From a virus (Duplodnaviria > Heunggongvirae > Uroviricota > Caudoviricetes), in IMG/VR virus record IMGVR_UViG_3300021400_002728, positions 37,154 through 101,153 of that record: a stretch of DNA of 64,000 nucleotides. One strand, 5' to 3'. This document shows, piece by piece, positions 9,324-18,515 of this stretch (position 1 is its first letter; each line of letters opens with the position of its first letter). The notes under the pieces are model-generated. The model worked only from the letters and a program-made list of their open reading frames with translations. It was not told where the DNA came from and did no database searches. The position numbers were made by a program, and so were the translations under genes.

Positions 9324-10712
9324 TCACAGACTATTAATTTTGCCAATGAATAGACATTCATGTGCCTCTGTATCATAGATCATAAATACAAATGGACGAT
9401 CAAGAATAATCTCATGTACTTCTGTATCTCTAACAGGTGCAGCACTCTTCTCAAGAGTAATAGCTGTTACTGCTGCAGCTTCTGTGCCTTCAGGATTAAC
9501 ATCTACATAAGTCATCTGAATAACATCTGATACAGAAAGTGGTGTATCACTAAGATATTCCAAATAATCAGTATTGCCAGATCTAAATGCAGGTGCTAAA
9601 CCATTGTTATAAAGTGCATTGAAAAGATGATTCTCATCAGAAATCTTAAACTGAGGAATACCAATATTTACTTCATATCCATGAACTGGATTAGAAAGCA
9701 TATCATCTATATCAAGATCATTTACTGCAAAATTAGCGTTTTCCTTAGGAAGAATACCAATAAATACGAGATTTGAGTCTTCATAAGGCTTCATAAAACC
9801 TTCACACCAATTACTTTCATAATAAGTAGTATAACCATAATCGTACATCATAGTAACAGTAGAAGTAGATCCATCTGCATTAGTAAATACTGCTTCTCTA
9901 CAATTATGATCATCGAATGGATTTGCCCAAGTACCAGAGAAATAAAGTGCATTAATAAGTAAACCATCATTCAATCTCAATACTTCAGGTGATATAATAG
10001 AAGGAATACATCCATCTGTTGCTCCATCACACCAAGAATTGATAATTTCTGCACTTGTTGCATCACTAAAATCAAGTGACTGTACTCTTCCATTGTAATA
10101 TGCACTAAGTACATCTACATATGCTGGTGCAGGAGTAACTCCAGTATTAAACCATGCAGAATTTGCTATTGACATACGACTATTAAGATCATCAAACAGA
10201 TAACGTGAAATAAGTGCATTATTTCTTGATCTAATTCTAAGAAAATCATTAGGATAATTACATCCATTAAGATAATTGATTAATGCGTTATATGATTCTG
10301 TATTATCTCCAGCACCTTCAAGCAAAAGAGAAAGAGCCATATTCAAACTTGTTTCACTAAGAATAGTATTCTCATTAACATTATCAGATTCATGTTCTAC
10401 ATAATCAAGAACTGTAGTAATATTATTCAGTGAATAGTCACTGTCAAAATCATACTCAGTATTAACAATGAAGTCATCAGAATCCTCAATTAGTCTAAAT
10501 CTCTGATCTGAATCATCGTGCTTGCTAATTTTGGTATCATTTTCTGTTGAGTCAATTTTGCTTGGATTGTCATCAGTTACATCTACAATACTTACATTAT
10601 TAAGTGGATGATCTGTAGGTATGTCTGGAGTAACTCGAGTATCACCACATCCAGTGAATACTGTTATAACCATTGCTGCACAGAGTGCAATTGACAAAAT
10701 ACGCTTTTTCAT
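9324..10712 (-). CDS. Serpin (serine protease inhibitor), secreted lipoprotein
   Basis: Signal peptide + lipobox (VFTGC); serpin motifs NALYFSGTWANPF, reactive-centre-loop hinge NPEGTEAAAVTA, C-terminal DRPFVFMIYD. Confidence 0.85.
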   Translation of the reverse strand: MKKRILSIALCAAMVITVFTGCGDTRVTPDIPTDHPLNNVSIVDVTDDNPSKIDSTENDTKISKHDDSDQRFRLIEDSDDFIVNTEYDFDSDYSLNNITTVLDYVEHESDNVNENTILSETSLNMALSLLLEGAGDNTESYNALINYLNGCNYPNDFLRIRSRNNALISRYLFDDLNSRMSIANSAWFNTGVTPAPAYVDVLSAYYNGRVQSLDFSDATSAEIINSWCDGATDGCIPSIISPEVLRLNDGLLINALYFSGTWANPFDDHNCREAVFTNADGSTSTVTMMYDYGYTTYYESNWCEGFMKPYEDSNLVFIGILPKENANFAVNDLDIDDMLSNPVHGYEVNIGIPQFKISDENHLFNALYNNGLAPAFRSGNTDYLEYLSDTPLSVSDVIQMTYVDVNPEGTEAAAVTAITLEKSAAPVRDTEVHEIILDRPFVFMIYDTEAHECLFIGKINSL

Positions 10713-10735
10713 AAATATCTCCTTTGGTTAACTAG

Positions 10736-11446
10736 TTACAATAAATTTTTATAATCACACCAATTAGGTGGATTTAATGGAGGAATAACAAGAGGAAAAC
10801 CATTGATATCTGAAATTTCATCAATGATATCCATATCTTTATTTGGAACTTCTACACCACAGGCAAGCTTAGCAATACGATCAACATATTCATTACCTTT
10901 TATATCAGTATGCCCATATACGTGTCTAAAAGAAATACGATAATCTTGATTACGAAGTTTATCTACAAAATTAGCATAACATTGTGTATAAGTCTTTTTA
11001 GCTGACCATACTTTATCTGCCCAATTAGCAATACCTTCATAATCGTAATAAATTATGATATCCTTATATTGTTTAATTCTAAGATATTTAAGTGTTTCAT
11101 AAGCAGCTCGAACTTCTCCTTCTACATTTCGACCTCCTTCTGTCATCTTAAATCTACCACAAATAATCTTTTTCTTATCACCATGCATTAAAAAAGAAGC
11201 ATATCCACAGGTTTCTTCAGAAGGATTATAACTACCATCTACATATACTATAATAGCATCAGGATTGGTTATGTCTGGTTTAACATGAGTTCTATTCATA
11301 TATGCTTCTGCATCTGTTGCACTAGTAAAAGATTTATATTCAGCACAAGGAAAGTGTTTGATCTGAGCTTCACATTCAAACCAACTAGTATATATTCCTG
11401 GTACTTTTCCAACTCTTACTGCATAAAATTTAGCCATATTTACCAA
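10736..11446 (-). CDS. rnhA: Ribonuclease H1 with N-terminal hybrid-binding domain (HBD)
   Basis: N-terminal KFYAVRVGKVPGIYTSWFECEAQIKHFPCAEYKSFTSATDAEAY (RNase H1 HBD pattern) followed by RNase H catalytic core (VYVDGSY..., EGEVRAAYETL, YYDYEGIANW). Confidence 0.75.
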   Translation of the reverse strand: MVNMAKFYAVRVGKVPGIYTSWFECEAQIKHFPCAEYKSFTSATDAEAYMNRTHVKPDITNPDAIIVYVDGSYNPSEETCGYASFLMHGDKKKIICGRFKMTEGGRNVEGEVRAAYETLKYLRIKQYKDIIIYYDYEGIANWADKVWSAKKTYTQCYANFVDKLRNQDYRISFRHVYGHTDIKGNEYVDRIAKLACGVEVPNKDMDIIDEISDINGFPLVIPPLNPPNWCDYKNLL

Positions 11447-11904
11447 TATTCCTTATTATCTTTAGATGTAATGAGATAATACTTATCTTCATCGGCTTGA
11501 TCTGAAAGTACAGAATTGATTACAAGATCTCCAGCTTCAAATACTGTTATAGTATATAGATCTGAAACCTTCTTAAACTCAGTTGAAAGAATTGACTCAC
11601 ACTTACTCTTAATATCATGTATAGTATAATTGTCATCAATTTCTTTTATTGCTGAAATGATTGGAGTAACTGTCACAGACTTAAGTGTACAGTTTACGAA
11701 TGTTAAAGTAATATCAGCATAATCTATACCATAGAATTCGTCATTAATAGTAATTGTCGCTTCGCCTCTTTTATTAGGTGTAGAAAAAGCTATAGTTTTA
11801 TTTGCAAAAATAGAATATGCTTTATCATAAGGAGTAATATCAATTTCAAGTTCTTCTTCTTTTTTATTTACTTCAAAAATAATTTTATTATTATGAATTT
11901 TCAT
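11440..11904 (-). CDS. Hypothetical protein
   Basis: ORF track; operon context. Confidence 0.5.
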   Translation of the reverse strand: MKIHNNKIIFEVNKKEEELEIDITPYDKAYSIFANKTIAFSTPNKRGEATITINDEFYGIDYADITLTFVNCTLKSVTVTPIISAIKEIDDNYTIHDIKSKCESILSTEFKKVSDLYTITVFEAGDLVINSVLSDQADEDKYYLITSKDNKEYW

Positions 11905-11918
11905 TAGTTTAATCCCTC

Positions 11919-12530
11919 TTATTTACAGTCGTCTTCGAATATGTTAAGAACCTGCCATTCGTCAAGTCCAGAAATATATTTACGAGATGCAACATAATCT
12001 GCTAGATGAATAAGTTTCTCAAAGTCAGTTCTAGGCTTAGAAAGTGCTTTAGCATTTCCATACTTATCAGTACACCATTTACCCATATGAGTATAAATAG
12101 CATCACAGATCATTTCAGTAGTAAGATCATCAATCTTTTCTTCAACAAGATGATTTCTTACAAAATCAGCAGCAAATCTAGGGTGTTCAAATTCAGTATG
12201 ATTAGAATAAGATCCGTCTTCAGCTACAGGTCCATGTTTAATACCATCATGGAAAAGTGCTGCAACTCTTGCAATATCTCTATTTGCAGAATTATCTCTA
12301 ACAAACATCTCGCAAGTAACAAGATCCATTGCACAAGTACAAACCATAATAGAATGTCTTACAAGACCACCATCTCCAAGATCACAGGCAGGATGATATT
12401 TTCCAGAAGAACTTGCAGCTACATGCCAAAAATAGTCAGGTAGATCTTTAGCCATTTTCTTAGCTACTTTCTTCAACTTATCATTTTCGATCTTATCAAT
12501 CTCAGCCATAAACTGCTTTTTCATGTCCAT
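11919..12530 (-). CDS. HD-domain phosphohydrolase
   Basis: HD motif ...VAALFHDGIKHG..., His upstream (KYHPACDLGDGGLVRHS). Confidence 0.7.
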   Translation of the reverse strand: MDMKKQFMAEIDKIENDKLKKVAKKMAKDLPDYFWHVAASSSGKYHPACDLGDGGLVRHSIMVCTCAMDLVTCEMFVRDNSANRDIARVAALFHDGIKHGPVAEDGSYSNHTEFEHPRFAADFVRNHLVEEKIDDLTTEMICDAIYTHMGKWCTDKYGNAKALSKPRTDFEKLIHLADYVASRKYISGLDEWQVLNIFEDDCK

Positions 12531-12561
12531 TTATTTTTTTCTCCTTTAATATTAGTTGTAA

Positions 12562-13104
12562 TTATGCGATCTTCGCAAATCCAGATCTCAGCTCACTTAC
12601 AAGATCAGTAACATACATATCAGTATACTTGCAAGTCTGTCCGTCATATTCATCAACATAGAGCTTAAACTTGTAGTTATCTCTAACGTTTCTGTTAAAC
12701 TCTTCTACGATATGACATTTCTTCTCTATATGTCTATTTGGACTACAAGAAATAATTCCAAGTCCAAAAGGATCTCTTGAAACAACTTCATATACCGGAA
12801 TGATGAATCTTACATTCTCAATTCCTTCAGACATAATTGACTGGCAGAGTTCATCACTAGTGATCCATTCACCGCTTTCAAGCTTATCCTTAACATCCTG
12901 GATAGAAATTTTCTTGAAATTATCGAGATAGATTTTATGCTGATTCCAGGTGAAGAACTTACCGACTTCATCTTCTCGAATAGTACGATCAAAGTCTCTA
13001 TAATGACCATTATTATTAGTCTGTACAGTTACCTTAGTACTGAACTCGTTGTTAGATCTCCAAACACTAATAACTTCATTGCCACAATCATATAAATAAG
13101 TCAT
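12562..13104 (-). CDS. Hypothetical protein (start moved to MTYLYD; GGAGG-8nt-ATG)
   Basis: Track ORF start overlaps its own SD; 5' UTR contains palindrome TAGTTACTGATAACTA. Confidence 0.5.
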   Translation of the reverse strand: MTYLYDCGNEVISVWRSNNEFSTKVTVQTNNNGHYRDFDRTIREDEVGKFFTWNQHKIYLDNFKKISIQDVKDKLESGEWITSDELCQSIMSEGIENVRFIIPVYEVVSRDPFGLGIISCSPNRHIEKKCHIVEEFNRNVRDNYKFKLYVDEYDGQTCKYTDMYVTDLVSELRSGFAKIA

Positions 13105-13147
13105 GTTATCTACCTCCAATAGATTAGTTATCAGTAACTATAGAGAT

Positions 13148-13183
13148 ATTATAACATGACTCTTATTGTTTGTAAATAGTATT
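13148..13183 (-). promoter_or_regulatory. Promoter P-e: AAAATACTATTTACA -N17- TGtTATAAT (sigmaA-type)
   Basis: -35 TTTACA, exactly 17-bp spacer, TG-extended -10; member of 18-copy family. Confidence 0.65.
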
Positions 13184-13215
13184 TTTACAGATTTTCATTA
13201 TATTCACACTTGGTA

Positions 13216-13434
13216 TTATAAATTAGATTCTTCAACTTTCATAGTTTCCTGATCAACCCAAGCATTTGGATTAAGCCATAGCATAGTTCCAGTATCAAGA
13301 TCTACAGCATTTGACTTTTCTCCATAACATTCACAAAATGGAGGTAGTTTCATTACATGTTCATCCTTATATGTAAATTTAGTACCCTGTTTAAGTTCAT
13401 CTATTGTAATATATCTTTCATCTGGACTAAACAT
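13216..13434 (-). CDS. Hypothetical small protein (start moved to MFSPDERY; GGAGG-8nt-ATG)
   Basis: Track start MEVIDM overlaps the SD itself. Confidence 0.45.
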   Translation of the reverse strand: MFSPDERYITIDELKQGTKFTYKDEHVMKLPPFCECYGEKSNAVDLDTGTMLWLNPNAWVDQETMKVEESNL

Positions 13435-13459
13435 ATCTATTACCTCCAAATATATTTAT

Positions 13460-13495
13460 ATTATATCAAAGATAACTATTTTTGTAAATAGTTAA
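13460..13495 (-). promoter_or_regulatory. Promoter P-f: ACTATTTACA -N17- TATAAT
   Basis: -35 overlaps stop codon of GGDEF gene; 17-bp spacer. Confidence 0.6.
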
Positions 13496-14547
13496 ATGAT
13501 TTTTACACCATTTCGTCCATGCTGTTTTACATAGTATAGCTGTTCATCTGCTATTTTAATAATATTATTGTAATCAGTAACTTCATCATACATACATCCA
13601 CCAATAGAAACTGTTACTTGATATGTAATAAGTTCAGCTTGTATAGCATCTTTTATTCTCATCGCAGTATCATATAAAATTTCTTTATTTACATTATTAA
13701 GTACTACTACAAATTCCTCTCCACCAAATCGAATAAGATAATCCTCTGATCTAATTGTATTATTTACAGTATAAGCTAATTTTTGTAGTATAACATCACC
13801 TACATCGTGTCCATAAGTATCATTTATCTTTTTAAAAAAATCTATATCTAATAATAAAATACCGGCATTATCAATAGTAAAAATATTTGTACCATTATGA
13901 CAAATAGTCTTGAATATATTTCTATTATATGCACCAGTTAATGGATCATGTAATAATACATGATTTAATTTAATATTTGAAATAAATTTATCTTCAAATA
14001 CTTTTTCTAGATACTGAATTAAAATTTCTGATCCAATAATAAGAAATATATGTAAGGCAATAATAGTTAAGAAATCATCATAATGAATAAATATATTAGC
14101 AATTATAATATCAACTATCATAAGTGAATGAAATATTGCAGAATAACGTTTTGGAGACGCTAATCCTAAGAATATAAAAATACATTCTATAACCATTAAG
14201 CCTTCATTAGCATGCATACGATTTTCTAAATGAAAAACTGCCCAAGACGTACAAAAAATAATTATGTGCGTCATAACATATGATGCTGAAATACAAAGCT
14301 TATAGTTATTTGATTTTCGCATAATAATTATGTATATAGCTAAGAATATAAAAATAGAAGCTCTAGCAAGTAGAGTTTCTAAAGCTATTCTACCATATAA
14401 CATACAATCAGTAAACCAATAAAAGAACGATGTAATACTAGCAGTTAGAATAATATAAAATACCATCTTCTCATAGTATTCATATTTAGATTGATAAAAC
14501 TCATCTTTACGTTCTTTTATGATACTATTAGTTATGTTTGGATTCAT
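13492..14547 (-). CDS. Membrane-anchored diguanylate cyclase (multi-TM N-terminal domain + GGDEF)
   Basis: Six-seven hydrophobic helices then DPLTGAYNRNIF...GHDVGDVILQ...RFGGEEFVVVL (GGEEF active site). Confidence 0.85.
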   Translation of the reverse strand: MNPNITNSIIKERKDEFYQSKYEYYEKMVFYIILTASITSFFYWFTDCMLYGRIALETLLARASIFIFLAIYIIIMRKSNNYKLCISASYVMTHIIIFCTSWAVFHLENRMHANEGLMVIECIFIFLGLASPKRYSAIFHSLMIVDIIIANIFIHYDDFLTIIALHIFLIIGSEILIQYLEKVFEDKFISNIKLNHVLLHDPLTGAYNRNIFKTICHNGTNIFTIDNAGILLLDIDFFKKINDTYGHDVGDVILQKLAYTVNNTIRSEDYLIRFGGEEFVVVLNNVNKEILYDTAMRIKDAIQAELITYQVTVSIGGCMYDEVTDYNNIIKIADEQLYYVKQHGRNGVKII

Positions 14548-14568
14548 TATTTATCACCTATAAAAAAT

Positions 14569-14598
14569 AACGGATAGATATGTTGCAATCTACCCGTT
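14569..14598 (-). terminator. Hairpin (AACGGATAGAT/ATCTACCCGTT, one G-U) followed by UUUUUUAU on minus-strand RNA; intrinsic terminator after 14623..14874
   Basis: Seen in sequence. Confidence 0.55.
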
Positions 14599-14622
14599 AC
14601 TTTCTTAATACTTTGTTAATTT

Positions 14623-14874
14623 TTACCATAAGTTCTTACATACATTTACAATCCACTGTCCGATTGCTAAGAAACTTGGCATGGTAATTCCGAAAATACC
14701 AAGAAGTAATCCAATAAGCAAATATCCAATTACTATTCTAACGCAATCAATAACTTTCTTTTTGAGCGCAACCTTCATAATAAGACAAATAATTACAAGG
14801 ATTACCATATTAGTTGGCATTGATATTGCAAATGCTAAAAGATTGTTCAATAATGTACTTACTATACCTTCCAT
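14623..14874 (-). CDS. Small two-TM membrane protein
   Basis: ORF track; two hydrophobic helices; preceded ~70 nt upstream by conserved element 2. Confidence 0.5.
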   Translation of the reverse strand: MEGIVSTLLNNLLAFAISMPTNMVILVIICLIMKVALKKKVIDCVRIVIGYLLIGLLLGIFGITMPSFLAIGQWIVNVCKNLW

Positions 14875-14943
14875 CTTTATACTCTCCTTTATATTGTATA
14901 TTTATCAAAACTTAGTATTTTTCACATTCATACTATGTTATAA

Positions 14944-14956
14944 TTAAATAGCTCTT
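14944..14956 (-). promoter_or_regulatory. Conserved element 2 (AAGAGCTATTTAAT) overlapping the stop codon of the GT-C-like gene
   Basis: See element-2 family. Confidence 0.3.
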
Positions 14957-16359
14957 TAGTTATGTTGGTAAACTGTATACATATTATCATCAAAGATTAG
15001 TGTCCAGTCATCTGTATTTCTATTCATAGTTCTATTAACATAATGATTTTTCTTAGCTACTACATACTCATAGTCATCAACTAAGGCTAAAATCTCATCA
15101 TCTTCAACTAATGAATACCCACCATCTGATTCAGCCCAATATCCTTGTGATAACGCGAAATAGTCTTCTAGAATATGTGGTACACCACTAATCTCTTCAG
15201 AAAAGGCTTCACATCGACTATCTATTTTGATCTTTGTACATCCATTATACTCTAACCAACCACCTAAATCCATGGCTACATTATATATAGGAGCATCCTT
15301 GTCTTCAATAGAATTAGCAACCTTACCATAGTCATATTTAATATCTGTATGATGTACAAATAAAAAACATACTGCTATACATATTAACGAGATACATCCA
15401 TACATATAAGTATTATTGAGTTTATGAAATTCATCTACACAGCAGATTAAAAATACTACTGGAATAAACATAATACTAATATGTCTAAAATTTATTAAGG
15501 CTAATATTGCAATAATGAACACATAGTAATTAACAAAATAATTAGACTTATGTTTATAGATATAGTAAATAGTAAAACCAATTATTAAGGTTAACTTAAC
15601 ACCAGCGTAATCTTTTATTGATATTGGCAAAAGCTCATTTATACTAATTACATTAAATGCATTTGACATAAATGTTCGTACAATATATAATGATCCATCT
15701 ATACCATAAGGTGTTAATAAACTACATGTCATAAATAATGGTGTAAAACATATTAATGTCCAATCTATAAATGGTTTTTCTTTTTTATAAAAATATGGAA
15801 CCATTATTAGACCATGATATAAAAATACTGCCTGATGCATATTAGCTGATAAAATCAATATGGGAAAAATAGGAAGTAAATATTTAATAGACTTCTTTTC
15901 CTTATATAATTCTAGGAATATTAAATGAGCTAATAAACAAATAACAGTTATAATCTGTGGCCTAATATTGATCATATAATCACTACATATCAATATAGCT
16001 GCAATAGATCCAATAAATGCCTTCTTTTTATCATGTGTCTTTATCATGATAAACGCGACAGATACAAAATATAACACTATATTCTGAACTAATACAAATA
16101 GAATATGTCCAGTTGTTCCAAATCTATCTATAATGGCTAAACAAACTGCATATAGCCACTGTTGAACCGTTATTGGAAAGTTATTTAAGTGACTAGCAGT
16201 ATGAAAATTTCCATTAAGTATATCTCTACCACTCATAATCTCAAAAAACATATCATTATCTTGAGATTTACGTAATAAAATAATGTATAAAATGAGCATA
16301 AATAGACACATCAATACAATAGGAAAGTATTTATTTATTTTGTTACATACATTTTTCAT
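14956..16359 (-). CDS. Polytopic membrane protein (about 11-12 TM helices + C-terminal soluble domain), GT-C fold glycosyltransferase-like (GtrC/YfhO/PMT-like)
   Basis: Hydrophobicity pattern only; adjacency to GT2 GtrB-like gene; no specific motif verified. Confidence 0.45.
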   Translation of the reverse strand: MKNVCNKINKYFPIVLMCLFMLILYIILLRKSQDNDMFFEIMSGRDILNGNFHTASHLNNFPITVQQWLYAVCLAIIDRFGTTGHILFVLVQNIVLYFVSVAFIMIKTHDKKKAFIGSIAAILICSDYMINIRPQIITVICLLAHLIFLELYKEKKSIKYLLPIFPILILSANMHQAVFLYHGLIMVPYFYKKEKPFIDWTLICFTPLFMTCSLLTPYGIDGSLYIVRTFMSNAFNVISINELLPISIKDYAGVKLTLIIGFTIYYIYKHKSNYFVNYYVFIIAILALINFRHISIMFIPVVFLICCVDEFHKLNNTYMYGCISLICIAVCFLFVHHTDIKYDYGKVANSIEDKDAPIYNVAMDLGGWLEYNGCTKIKIDSRCEAFSEEISGVPHILEDYFALSQGYWAESDGGYSLVEDDEILALVDDYEYVVAKKNHYVNRTMNRNTDDWTLIFDDNMYTVYQHN

Positions 16360-16363
16360 TTAC

Positions 16364-17509
16364 TCAATCCTTTTTAACTTTAATTTCTAGAATGCCTAAG
16401 AAAAAGCTACTAAACATAAGTTGTATTCCACATACCAGTAATACAAGCATTGGAATAGTTAATCTTAGCATTTTTGAAGCATCTAAGTTACCAAAATTTG
16501 TATTTGACCATATTACCAATGCAACAATAGATCCAATTAACCCAACTACAAATAGAATTGCTCCTACTAAAATTCCTCTATTCATAGTTAGTTTAACTAG
16601 AAAATTATCAATCCTACACATTGGTATAAATTTAGATATTGCTGCATATCGTTTAGTTATTACATAGAATAGTATTAACTGAAAACCAATGATTGTTGAT
16701 ACTGCTCCATATACCAATGTATTGACGTCAAATTTAATATTACGAACAATAATAGGATCTAAAATAATCTTAGTACTTAGTATAATTCCAGCTATATGAA
16801 ATAACAATCCTGGATATAAGAATAACCAATTTGGGGCATGCATAAGCAAGAACGTCAAATGTCTCCAACCATCATACCAACTTCTTAGGTGTGGTGGACG
16901 GTCACGACCATCTTTTTTGAGAGTAGTAGGAACTTCACATATTTTAAGATTATGCAAAGTTGCTTGAACTACCATCTCACTGGCATATTCCATACCAGTA
17001 GTATGAAGATTAAGATCTAATATACTCTGTCTATTATATCCACGAAGACCACAATGAAAGTCTTTAATAGGACTTTTATATAGAATTCGACCAATAGTAG
17101 ATAATACTGGATTTCCTAAGTATCTGTGAAGTAGTGGCATGGCACCTTTTTCTATACCACCTTTGAATCGATTGCCCATAACCAATTCATATCCTTCACG
17201 AAGTTTTTCTACAAAAGGCATTAAGTTATTGAAATCATAAGAGTCATCAGAATCTCCCATAATGACATATTTACCTAATGCAGCATGACTGCCGCCAATT
17301 AAGGCAGCACCATAACCTTTTTCTTCAATGTTTACTACTCTTGCTCCTGCATTTCTAGCAATGTCTTGAGAACCATCTATACTGCCATTATCTGCAATAA
17401 GAACTTCACCATCAATTTGATTTTCTTTGAGAAATGTCTGTGCTTTACTGATACAAGTTTCTAATGTTCGTGACTCATTTAAGCAAGGCATTAGAATAGT
17501 TAATTCCAT
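16364..17509 (-). CDS. Family-2 glycosyltransferase with C-terminal TM helices (GtrB/CsbB/ArnC-like polyprenyl-phosphate sugar transferase)
   Basis: ILMPCLNES...LIADNGSIDGS...MGDSDDSYD (DxD) GT-A fold motifs; C-terminal hydrophobic helices. Confidence 0.8.
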   Translation of the reverse strand: MELTILMPCLNESRTLETCISKAQTFLKENQIDGEVLIADNGSIDGSQDIARNAGARVVNIEEKGYGAALIGGSHAALGKYVIMGDSDDSYDFNNLMPFVEKLREGYELVMGNRFKGGIEKGAMPLLHRYLGNPVLSTIGRILYKSPIKDFHCGLRGYNRQSILDLNLHTTGMEYASEMVVQATLHNLKICEVPTTLKKDGRDRPPHLRSWYDGWRHLTFLLMHAPNWLFLYPGLLFHIAGIILSTKIILDPIIVRNIKFDVNTLVYGAVSTIIGFQLILFYVITKRYAAISKFIPMCRIDNFLVKLTMNRGILVGAILFVVGLIGSIVALVIWSNTNFGNLDASKMLRLTIPMLVLLVCGIQLMFSSFFLGILEIKVKKD

Positions 17510-18127
17510 TTAATCAATTCCCTTCTTTTTTAATAGAGCTACAAAATGAAGATTTGAATCAAAGAAGATATGACATAAAAATGTGTATAAGTCTAACTTA
17601 TCTGCATAGTAAACAATTTCAAGATTATTATCCTCGAACATTTTATTCCATTGTTCTTCTGTAAGATAATTGTAAGGTAAGCTCACATTGTATTGTCTGT
17701 TACCTACATAATCCATCATTTTTAACTTTATTAATGACCACCATCCATGAAGAATGTGATCTTTTATTATAATGTATTCATCAGTTACTCTAACAACCTC
17801 AGAAAATAGCTTTTCTGGATCATCTGCATGATGTAATACATCTATCATCATAGTTGTGTTTACTTCATTTGTATGATATGGAATTGTACGACCGTCATAT
17901 TCAAGTACTGGAATAAATGTCTTATCTCTAACTAAAACATCTATTCCAGTAATTTGAATGTTATTCTTTTTAATTAGAATACTATCAATTTTGCCATCAC
18001 CTGCGCCAATATCAACTATATTGTTAATATTAAACATATCTATAATAGTAGTTATCCACATACTAAGCTGAGACATTCGACGATCATATATAAACCAATC
18101 ATGAAATTTGCTTAATAATGTTTTCAA
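17510..18127 (-). CDS. Class I SAM-dependent methyltransferase
   Basis: Motif I VDIGAGDGK; Rossmann-like alternation. Confidence 0.55.
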   Translation of the reverse strand: MKTLLSKFHDWFIYDRRMSQLSMWITTIIDMFNINNIVDIGAGDGKIDSILIKKNNIQITGIDVLVRDKTFIPVLEYDGRTIPYHTNEVNTTMMIDVLHHADDPEKLFSEVVRVTDEYIIIKDHILHGWWSLIKLKMMDYVGNRQYNVSLPYNYLTEEQWNKMFEDNNLEIVYYADKLDLYTFLCHIFFDSNLHFVALLKKKGID

Positions 18128-18515
18128 TTATTCCACTCCATTTGTTCATGTATAAATATATCATACATGCTAATTCAATAGAGACCATTAAACAGATATT
18201 ATCCTTCTTGCTGATTAAAAGTTGTATGAATATTGGAAGTATACACACAATACCTATAGAAGACCTCAGGATGACTAAGGAGATACCTAGAGCGACTATA
18301 TAAATAATGTCTATAGGCTGATTTTTATATTTCAACAAGAGTAATCCTAGAGTTCCAAAAAGTAGTACTGGATGTACTAACATACAAAAGCTAATATAGT
18401 TTACAAGAATTAATATGAATGGTATTTCATTCTTTTTATAGTCATAAATTATAACAGCGATTGCAGTTAGTACAAATATTATACTACAAACAAGATTCGT
18501 CATGTTCACCGACAT
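18099..18515 (-). CDS. Small 4-TM membrane protein, possibly GtrA-like flippase
   Basis: Size and 4 predicted TM helices; position at head of glycosylation cassette; start likely internal (MTNLV). Confidence 0.4.
   Translation of the reverse strand: MSVNMTNLVCSIIFVLTAIAVIIYDYKKNEIPFILILVNYISFCMLVHPVLLFGTLGLLLLKYKNQPIDIIYIVALGISLVILRSSIGIVCILPIFIQLLISKKDNICLMVSIELACMIYLYMNKWSGIIENIIKQIS

Noticed and set aside
12006-12443. 145-aa plus-strand ORF
   Set aside because: Antisense to the HD-domain gene, which has a clear motif; no start context.
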